Shown: positions 57,416 through 64,000 of the stretch, piece by piece
Position numbering within the stretch: position 1 is the first letter of the stretch
How the letters are laid out: each line of letters begins with the position of its first letter
Assembly: GCA_047284725.1 (NCBI GenBank)
Contig: JBJBEO010000001.1
Location: forward strand, 1,016,203-1,080,202
DNA length: 64,000 nucleotides
From: Synechococcus sp.
GTDB lineage: Bacteria; Cyanobacteriota; Cyanobacteriia; PCC-6307; Cyanobiaceae
Direction: 5' to 3'
The notes under the pieces: generated by a model
Told to the model about the DNA's origin: nothing
Seen by the model: the letters and a program-made list of their open reading frames with translations, nothing else
The model's database searches: none
Position numbers and translations under genes: made by a program

Positions 57416-57643
57416 TCAACCGGCATCAGGCAGAGGCGTGACGTTCTTCAGGCGCTCATTCAATTGTGAGGCCATCGACTGACGGCCCACGGCAAGCACC
57501 TTGAGGGTGTCTTCGTGCATGCGTAATTGGGCATCAGCCACCTGCATCCCTCGCACCAGTTCCTTCAGTTCGTTGGGAAGGGTATTGAGGTCGTAGCGCT
57601 TGCCTTCAAAGGTGAGAATCGGATTCTGTTCCTGTTCTGCCAT
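57416..57643 (-). CDS. Small coiled-coil protein (DUF6447-like)
   Basis: ILTFEGKRYDLNTLP...MQVADAQL. Confidence 0.7.
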   Translation of the reverse strand: MAEQEQNPILTFEGKRYDLNTLPNELKELVRGMQVADAQLRMHEDTLKVLAVGRQSMASQLNERLKNVTPLPDAG

Positions 57644-57657
57644 GGAGCTGATGTTGA

Positions 57658-58089
57658 TCAGTTTTGCTTCGATTGAATCGTATCGTCTTTATCGTGCATT
57701 GTTGATTGCTTCGGGTCGGTTGACGCTGCTGGTTGTGGAACGGCAAGTCGCTTGAAGAAAAACATCAGCAATCCCCCCACCTGACAGGTTTCCACCAGCT
57801 CCCAGCCTTCATTGCCCAGCAGATTGAGAAAGTGCTGCAGTTGTGCAGCCGGATGTTTTTGTTGGTTGGATTGTTGTTGATACAGCTGCGGGAATTCACG
57901 TTTGATGAATTCCGGGCTGAGGGACCCCTGCAGTTTCTTGCTGGCCGCTTCCGCTGTTGCCGGTTTCGAGGGCGTGTCGTTGTTGATGTTGATGTGAACG
58001 ACGCGGTATTCCCATTGCTGCATCGGTGTGGCTGATGGCGTTGCTTCAGCCTGTGCTGGTCGGTTGGGAGGTGTTGGTTGTTCCGTCAT
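57658..58089 (-). CDS. Hypothetical protein with DUF4177-like motifs
   Basis: WEYRVV...LNLLGNEGWELV...FFKR. Confidence 0.7.
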   Translation of the reverse strand: MTEQPTPPNRPAQAEATPSATPMQQWEYRVVHININNDTPSKPATAEAASKKLQGSLSPEFIKREFPQLYQQQSNQQKHPAAQLQHFLNLLGNEGWELVETCQVGGLLMFFFKRLAVPQPAASTDPKQSTMHDKDDTIQSKQN

Positions 58090-59840
58090 GACACCCTCGC
58101 TTCAGTATTTACGCGGATGAACTGCCGTTCACACAGCTCGCGATAACGCCCGTTGTTCGCCATCAGTTGGTCGTGGCTGCCCTGTTCGCTGATGTGGCCT
58201 CGATCCAGCACGACAATCAGATCCGCTTCCTGCACTGTGGCAAGACGGTGAGCAATCACAAGCACCGTGCGCCCATGCATGGCTTGCTTCAGCCCCACCT
58301 GCACCGCTGCTTCCGCTTCAGCGTCCAGGGCACTGGTGGCTTCATCGAGGAGCAGAACGGCGGGATTGCCGAGCACGGCTCTGGCGATGGCAATGCGCTG
58401 CAGTTGGCCACCTGAGACATTGGTGCCCCGCTCCTCGAGTTGGGTGTCGTAACCCTGCGGCAACCCCATGATGAAGTCGTGGGCGTTGGCCAGTTGTGCG
58501 GCTTGGATTAGTTGGCTGTGGCTTGCCTGCCGCCCGAAGCGAATCGCCTCGGCAATGCTGCCTGAAAACACTGTGGTCCGTTGGGGCACCAGCGCCATTT
58601 GCTTGCGGAGTTCCCTGGCCTTGACCTGACTGAGATCCTTGCCATCGAGCGCAATCGTGCCCGATTGGGCGGTGTTGAAACGCAGCAGCAGCGAAAACAG
58701 GGTGCTTTTGCCTGCACCGGAGGGACCCACCAAGGCCACCACCTGCCCGGCCGCAATGCTCAGATCGATGGCGTGGAGAACGGGATCTGCGTTGTTGTAA
58801 GCGAAATTAACCTGCTCCAGCTTCAGGTTCCCCCGGGGCCGTCCAAGCGGCAGCGCCTGCACAGGGTCTGCCGGTTCCTGAGGCTCTTTCTCGATCTGTC
58901 GGAGTCGCCTCAGGGACGCCTGGCCCTGCTGGAATTCATTGAAGTTGTTAGTGACGTGGGCGATCGGATCGATCAGAACCACCAATCCTGTGAGATAGCT
59001 GCTGAGGCCGGCAATGCTGAGATCGTTGCTCTGGATCCGCCAGGCCGCGAGGCCGAGCACGGAAAAGAGACCCACCACCTCGATCATTCCCACCACGGGA
59101 TGTTGCAGGGCCACGAGGTTGTAGGAGCGGTGACGGGCCTGACGGTGTTGGTCGATTTCGTCTTCAAATCGACCCTGTAACCAGGGCTCGGCGGCAAATG
59201 CCCGCACGAGGGGCAAGCCCTCAATCGCTTCACCCAGCAGGCCGGCCAATTCGCTCACCTTCTGCTGACTGCGTTCGGTGGCCACCATCACGCGAGCACC
59301 AAAGAGGCTGATCAGCCAGATGATCACCGGTGCGAGCAGCAGGATGGAGGCGGTGAGCTTCCAGTCGAGCCAGAGCATGTAGCCCAGCACTGCCGCCAGT
59401 TGCAGCACACTCGGCACCGTGTCGTGCACTGTCTTGTAGAGCACCTCGCTGACGCGGTCGGCGTCTTCCGTGAGCCGGTAGGTGAGGTCACCGGCAGAAA
59501 GTTTCTCCAACGCCCCGAGTTCCACCGTCTGCAGACGGCTGAACAGGTTGCTGCGCAGCGTTTGGCTCACCTGGAGCGCCGGCCCTGCGAGCAGCGAATC
59601 CTGGCCGAACTGGGCCAGCTTCTGCACCGCGAAGATCAGCACCCCTTGCCCGATCAACGCCAGCACCCTTGCCAGATCCTTGGATCCAAGGGCAGGAAAC
59701 AGGTCACCCGCCAGTCGCAGCAACAGCAGGAAACTGCTCACATAGATGAGCATGCAGACGAGACCGGCGATCAGCTGGCGCAGATGGGGACGGAGCAGGG
59801 GCAACAGCCTGCGGAAGCCTGCGTCGGACGGTTTCAGCAT
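58086..59840 (-). CDS. ABC exporter, fused TMD-NBD (MsbA-like)
   Basis: TM domain plus GPSGAGKST, VSGGQLQR, LLLDEATSALD, IAHRL. Confidence 0.93.
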   Translation of the reverse strand: MLKPSDAGFRRLLPLLRPHLRQLIAGLVCMLIYVSSFLLLLRLAGDLFPALGSKDLARVLALIGQGVLIFAVQKLAQFGQDSLLAGPALQVSQTLRSNLFSRLQTVELGALEKLSAGDLTYRLTEDADRVSEVLYKTVHDTVPSVLQLAAVLGYMLWLDWKLTASILLLAPVIIWLISLFGARVMVATERSQQKVSELAGLLGEAIEGLPLVRAFAAEPWLQGRFEDEIDQHRQARHRSYNLVALQHPVVGMIEVVGLFSVLGLAAWRIQSNDLSIAGLSSYLTGLVVLIDPIAHVTNNFNEFQQGQASLRRLRQIEKEPQEPADPVQALPLGRPRGNLKLEQVNFAYNNADPVLHAIDLSIAAGQVVALVGPSGAGKSTLFSLLLRFNTAQSGTIALDGKDLSQVKARELRKQMALVPQRTTVFSGSIAEAIRFGRQASHSQLIQAAQLANAHDFIMGLPQGYDTQLEERGTNVSGGQLQRIAIARAVLGNPAVLLLDEATSALDAEAEAAVQVGLKQAMHGRTVLVIAHRLATVQEADLIVVLDRGHISEQGSHDQLMANNGRYRELCERQFIRVNTEARVS

Positions 59841-59881
59841 GGCGTCACACTATCAATGGTCTCTGGTGTTCTTTCCCGCCG

Positions 59882-60064
59882 ATGCGGCTTGATCAATTCC
59901 TGAAATGGCAAGGCTGGGTGGCCACCGGAGGGGAGGCCAAGATGCGGATTCAGGCCGGCGAGGTGCACGTGAACGGAGTGGAAGAGTTGCGACGGGGCCG
60001 CCAGCTACAGATCGGTGACATCGTGGCGATGGGCGGAGATCAGGCGGACGTCACTAAGGTCTGA
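59882..60064 (+). CDS. S4-domain RNA-binding protein (YaaA/YbcJ-like)
   Basis: [20 protein letters not shown]...VNG...RRGRQL. Confidence 0.88.
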   Translation: MRLDQFLKWQGWVATGGEAKMRIQAGEVHVNGVEELRRGRQLQIGDIVAMGGDQADVTKV

Positions 60065-60125
60065 GGGCCGAACGCGCTGCCTGGACCGTAAGTTGGCTGC
60101 TGCTGACCGTCTGAGGGACTCGAGC

Positions 60126-60857
60126 GTGCACAAACCGGTGATCGCTGGCAACTGGAAGATGCACATGACCTGTGCAGAGGCCAAAGCGTGGATGGCCGCC
60201 TTCCTGCCTCTGATTGCCGAGACCCCTGACGACCGACATCTGGTGGTGGCACCGCCCTTCACGGCGATTGCAACCATGGCTGAGCAGGCGCAGGGATCCA
60301 AGCTTGAGTTGTCAAGCCAGAACGTGCACTGGGAGGGGCACGGCGCCTACACCGCTGAAATCTCCCCGGCGATGCTTCAGGAGCATGGGGTGAAGTACGC
60401 GATCGTCGGGCACAGCGAACCTCGCAAGTACTTCAGCGAAAGCGACGAGCAGATCAACCACAGGGCCAGGTCGGCTCAGTCGAGCGACCTCATTCCCATC
60501 GTCTGCGTCGGGGAGAGCGATGAACAGCGTTCCCGCGGCGAGGCTGAGCGGGTGATCCGACGTCAGGTGGAGCAGGGCCTTGAAGGCCTGGATCCCTCCA
60601 GGTTGATCGTTGCCTATGAGCCCATCTGGGCGATCGGTACGGGCAAGACCTGTGAATCCGCTGAAGCCAACCGCATCTGTGGTCTGATTCGCAGCTGGCT
60701 TGGCTCTCCTGATCTGATCATCCAGTACGGAGGCTCCGTGAAGCCAGGCAATATCGATGAACTGATGTCGATGAGCGATATCGACGGTGTGCTGGTGGGT
60801 GGAGCCTCCCTTGAAGCGGAGAGCTTCGCCCGGATCGCGAACTATCAGCCCGTCTGA
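60126..60857 (+). CDS. tpiA: Triosephosphate isomerase
   Basis: [44 protein letters not shown]. Confidence 0.97.
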   Translation: MHKPVIAGNWKMHMTCAEAKAWMAAFLPLIAETPDDRHLVVAPPFTAIATMAEQAQGSKLELSSQNVHWEGHGAYTAEISPAMLQEHGVKYAIVGHSEPRKYFSESDEQINHRARSAQSSDLIPIVCVGESDEQRSRGEAERVIRRQVEQGLEGLDPSRLIVAYEPIWAIGTGKTCESAEANRICGLIRSWLGSPDLIIQYGGSVKPGNIDELMSMSDIDGVLVGGASLEAESFARIANYQPV

Positions 60858-60861
60858 CGAT

Positions 60862-61710
60862 GTGACCCAGCAGCATCGACCGCTCTGGCCCGATGACTGG
60901 GGGCAACGCACGGCGGTGATGGGGGTGATCAACCTCACCCCCGATTCCTTCAGCGACGGAGGCCTGTTCAACTCCCCGGAACGGGCCATGCGACAGGCGA
61001 CCCGTCAGCTCGCGGCAGGCGCTTCCATCCTTGATCTTGGGGCCCAGAGCACCCGACCGGGAGCCGATGAGGTCGGCGTTGAGGAGGAGATCGGCAGGCT
61101 GATGCCCGCCCTGGAGGCCATCAGGGCGGCCTGCCCGCAGGCGTTGATTTCTGTGGACACCTACTGGGCTGCTGTGGCCGAAGCCGCTCTGGAGGCAGGA
61201 GCGGACTGGATCAATGATGTGAGTGGCGGGCGCCGTGATCCGGCCATGCTGGCGTTGATCGCGCAGGCGGGCTGCCCGTATGTGCTGATGCACAGCCGCG
61301 GCGACAGCCAAACGATGGACGGGCTCACCGACTATGGAATGGATGTGGTGGGGGCTGTGCTGGAGGCTCTTGAGAAGGACAGTGCCCGCGCCCTGGAGGC
61401 CGGCGTGAGCCGTGATCAGCTGATCTGGGATCCAGGCCTTGGCTTCGCGAAGACAACGGAGCAGAATCTGACCCTGCTTCAGGGCCTGGAACGGTTGATC
61501 GACCCCGGGATCCCCGTTCTTGTGGGCCCGTCACGCAAGCGATTCATTGGTGCGGTGCTTGAGGAGCCGCGCGCGAAGGCCCGACTGTGGGGGACGGCAG
61601 CGGTCTGTTGCAGGGCGGTGGCGGCAGGGGCCGCCGTCCTTCGCGTTCATGACGTGGCACCGATCCGTCAGGTGGTGCAGATGGCCTCAACGCTCTGGCC
61701 CATGGGCTAG
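60862..61710 (+). CDS. folP: Dihydropteroate synthase
   Basis: MGVINLTPDSFSDGG, DLGAQSTRPG, WDPGLGF, SRKRF, RVHDV. Confidence 0.96.
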   Translation: MTQQHRPLWPDDWGQRTAVMGVINLTPDSFSDGGLFNSPERAMRQATRQLAAGASILDLGAQSTRPGADEVGVEEEIGRLMPALEAIRAACPQALISVDTYWAAVAEAALEAGADWINDVSGGRRDPAMLALIAQAGCPYVLMHSRGDSQTMDGLTDYGMDVVGAVLEALEKDSARALEAGVSRDQLIWDPGLGFAKTTEQNLTLLQGLERLIDPGIPVLVGPSRKRFIGAVLEEPRAKARLWGTAAVCCRAVAAGAAVLRVHDVAPIRQVVQMASTLWPMG

Positions 61711-61733
61711 AACCGGAGCTCTGCAGGTCTGCG

Positions 61734-62141
61734 TTGACCACGTATCCGATTGCTTTGACCCTGCTCTACGACGGAGGCTGTCCGCTTTGCCTGCGCGAGG
61801 TGTCGTTTCTGCGACAACGGGACCGTAGGGGGCAGATTCAATTCGTGGATGTGGATGCCGCCGACTATGCCCCCGAGGACTGGGGTGGGATCACGTATCG
61901 CCAGGCGATGGCCCGCATCCATGCCATCGGCGCGGATGGAACAGTGCTGACCGACGTGGCCGTGTTCCGTGCCGCCTACCGCCTGATCGGACTGGGATGG
62001 GTCTACGCCCCAACAACCTGGCCCATGCTCGGGATGCTGGTGGACCGTATGTACGGCCTGTGGGCGACCCACCGCCTACGCCTGACAGGACGCGCTGACC
62101 TGGATCAGCTCTGTGCAGATCGCTGTTCCAGGCAACGTTGA
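61734..62141 (+). CDS. DCC-family thiol-disulfide oxidoreductase (DUF393)
   Basis: LLYDGGCPLC (DxxCxxC), AMARIHA. Confidence 0.88.
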   Translation: MTTYPIALTLLYDGGCPLCLREVSFLRQRDRRGQIQFVDVDAADYAPEDWGGITYRQAMARIHAIGADGTVLTDVAVFRAAYRLIGLGWVYAPTTWPMLGMLVDRMYGLWATHRLRLTGRADLDQLCADRCSRQR

Positions 62142-62157
62142 GTCTGCGACGAATGGC

Positions 62158-62841
62158 TCAAGCGCCCTGGCTTGCCTGCAGATTCCCATCCTCCGACACC
62201 ATCAGCTTCGAGAAAAAATCGGCTTGTTCGGGTTTGATGGCACCCATGGAGACGAGCACATCGCCGATGCGAGGTCTGGTGGCCATGCGCGCTTGCTTGG
62301 CTGTGGCTTCCTTGAGACTGTCTTCGTCAATCAGACCCATGGCAATCAGACGTTCTCCCAGTCGTTTGCTGTTGAACTGGTGCAGGTCTTCCGAGGACAG
62401 CCCCAGCATGAAATCGATCACCTTGTGGGGCAGACACATCTTCAGCTTCAGGAATTCACCAAAGCGTTGAGAGCCGGAGAAGGGAATGTATTCCTGTAGA
62501 AGTTCATCCAGTTCGTCCTGGCTGAGCAGCCCTGACACCACAAGTTTCTGACCTAACTCGAGTTTTTCGAAGGCCTTGTCTGGATTGTGGGCCGTGGTAT
62601 CGAGGCTGCCCTGAATCAGTTCGGGCGCACCAAAAACTTTCTGCACCCATTCATTGGCGTTGAGAAAGCTCAGCAGTTCAGTCGGCTGGGGAGACCTCTC
62701 ACCAAAGGCATCCTGAACCAGTTCTTCAACAAAGGCCACCTGAGGGGCGGAGCCGAAATAGGTGTAGCGCAGATAGGAGCCTGACCCATGGCCTGCGATC
62801 TCAACGCGTGCAGACCCGGAACGGAGTTCAATCGTCAGCAT
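62158..62841 (-). CDS. Stand-alone protein with tandem MshEN (T2SSE_N-like) motifs
   Basis: ELGQKLVVSGLL, RFGEFL, RLGERLIAMGLIDEDSLKEATAKQ, RIGDVLVSMGAI. Confidence 0.7.
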   Translation of the reverse strand: MLTIELRSGSARVEIAGHGSGSYLRYTYFGSAPQVAFVEELVQDAFGERSPQPTELLSFLNANEWVQKVFGAPELIQGSLDTTAHNPDKAFEKLELGQKLVVSGLLSQDELDELLQEYIPFSGSQRFGEFLKLKMCLPHKVIDFMLGLSSEDLHQFNSKRLGERLIAMGLIDEDSLKEATAKQARMATRPRIGDVLVSMGAIKPEQADFFSKLMVSEDGNLQASQGA

Positions 62842-62983
62842 TGATCGTGGCGCCGTATCAGCACTTGATAGCTATCAACGATAAGACGACTCAAGGCTGT
62901 CGCCAAGTGTTACATCGTTGTTGACGCTTGTCTTCATGCCTAAGTTGCGGGTGTTTAAAACCAGTCGTGGGCTTTCTTCGGCG

Positions 62984-64000
62984 ATGACTGCATCAGTGAA
63001 TCAGCACGCGCGATCGTTCTGGGGCAACAGCGTCAGCAGGGTTCAGCGCACCTATGCGAACTGCCGTGAGCTCTGGCAGGAGCTCATCAGTCATCGCTAT
63101 TTTCAGAGTATTCGATCCTTCGATTGGCACAGCATTCAGCTGGGGCAGATTCTTGTCGCGTCGGCGTTGATCAATCTGCTTGAGCTGTCAACGCCGCTCT
63201 ACATCAATATCGTCTACACGTCGATTCTTCCCAAACGTGCCAACGACAGCCTGATCCTGCTCACGGTGCTTGTGGTGCTGGCCATGGCGGCAGGGGGATG
63301 GCTGAAAGCGCTTCGGCTGTCGCTGGTCGGTCGGGAGAGTGCCCAGATCGAGCACCGCAAGCGTCTGGATGCCTATGCGCGCTTTGTGAACACCCCTGTT
63401 GGTCGCTTTCTGGCCAACAATGCATCGGTTCATCTATCCAGGCTGAACAGTATCAATCTGCTGCGCGATGAAAGTGCGGTGCAAACCCTCACGGTGGCCG
63501 TTGATCTCGCCTTCTCGCTGCTGTTCATCCTTGTGTTCATGCTTCTCGGTGGCATCCTCGTGCTGCCGGTGGTGATTGGAATCGCCATTTACTTCTTCAA
63601 GTCGCTCGCATTCTCCCGCGAATTTGAAGCTCTCAATCGCGACAAGGACAAGCTGGACATCGAGCGGCAGCATTATCAGTCGCAGGTGCTTGATTCCGTT
63701 GATCTGATCAAAACCAACGGTCTCAACAATCAGTTTCTTGTTGATGGTGAGCCGCTTCAGGAGCGTTGGTCCTGGCAGCGCATGACCAACGCCACCGCGA
63801 TTGGCAATTATCAGGCGTTAGGCAGCTACATCAGCCAGGTGACCTTTGCCTGTGTGGTCACGATGGGAGCTCTGATGATCATTGGCGACCGTCTCCTGGT
63901 CGGTGCCCTTGCGGCCTGTCTGCTCCTGGTAGGCAAGATTTTCAGCCCCTGGCAGCAGGCGATGACCTTCTGGAACAGTTTCCGGCGCCTCGGCCATTCG
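62984..64000 (+). CDS. Type I secretion ABC transporter, transmembrane part (runs off the window edge; not in the ORF track)
   Basis: Open frame from ATG 62984 to the window end; ILVASALINLLELSTPLYINIVYTSILP, AVDLAFSLLF, LLVGALAACLLL match HlyB/LapB-type TMDs. Confidence 0.8.
   Translation, partial: MTASVNQHARSFWGNSVSRVQRTYANCRELWQELISHRYFQSIRSFDWHSIQLGQILVASALINLLELSTPLYINIVYTSILPKRANDSLILLTVLVVLAMAAGGWLKALRLSLVGRESAQIEHRKRLDAYARFVNTPVGRFLANNASVHLSRLNSINLLRDESAVQTLTVAVDLAFSLLFILVFMLLGGILVLPVVIGIAIYFFKSLAFSREFEALNRDKDKLDIERQHYQSQVLDSVDLIKTNGLNNQFLVDGEPLQERWSWQRMTNATAIGNYQALGSYISQVTFACVVTMGALMIIGDRLLVGALAACLLLVGKIFSPWQQAMTFWNSFRRLGHS

Overview
64-kb segment of a GC-rich marine picocyanobacterial chromosome, most likely Synechococcus, judged from psbY, crtH, stpA/ggpP, ycf36, DUF2811, DUF3318, cbiX and the cyanobacterial tRNAs. 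The core backbone holds crtH, trmFO, psbY, metY-metA, an Aap/Nat-type amino-acid ABC transporter, SulP, cbiX, rsfS, carB, an alanine symporter, tpiA, folP and tRNA-Lys, -Pro and -fMet. Accessory patches interrupt it: (i) a PAS/histidine-kinase/receiver cassette between tRNA-Lys and tRNA-Pro, followed by a visibly AT-richer islet of small and decayed genes; (ii) a Fur-paralogue neighbourhood with a sigma54-type AAA+/membrane polyferredoxin fusion and a Gly-pentapeptide-repeat protein; (iii) an arsS-stpA-GST block next to a 512-aa protein that appears to be a very divergent GpsA-fold dehydrogenase; (iv) an SbcCD-like pair with no CXXC hook and a kinase/DOMON/transglycosylase operon; (v) an islet after metA with an LsrG-like protein, an Fe-ADH, a second ABM protein and a His-rich secreted peptide; (vi) a stand-alone tandem-MshEN protein divergent from a type I secretion ABC transporter at the right edge. 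No CRISPR array, rRNA, transposase or intact integrase was seen. All family calls come from motif recognition by eye, not from database searches.
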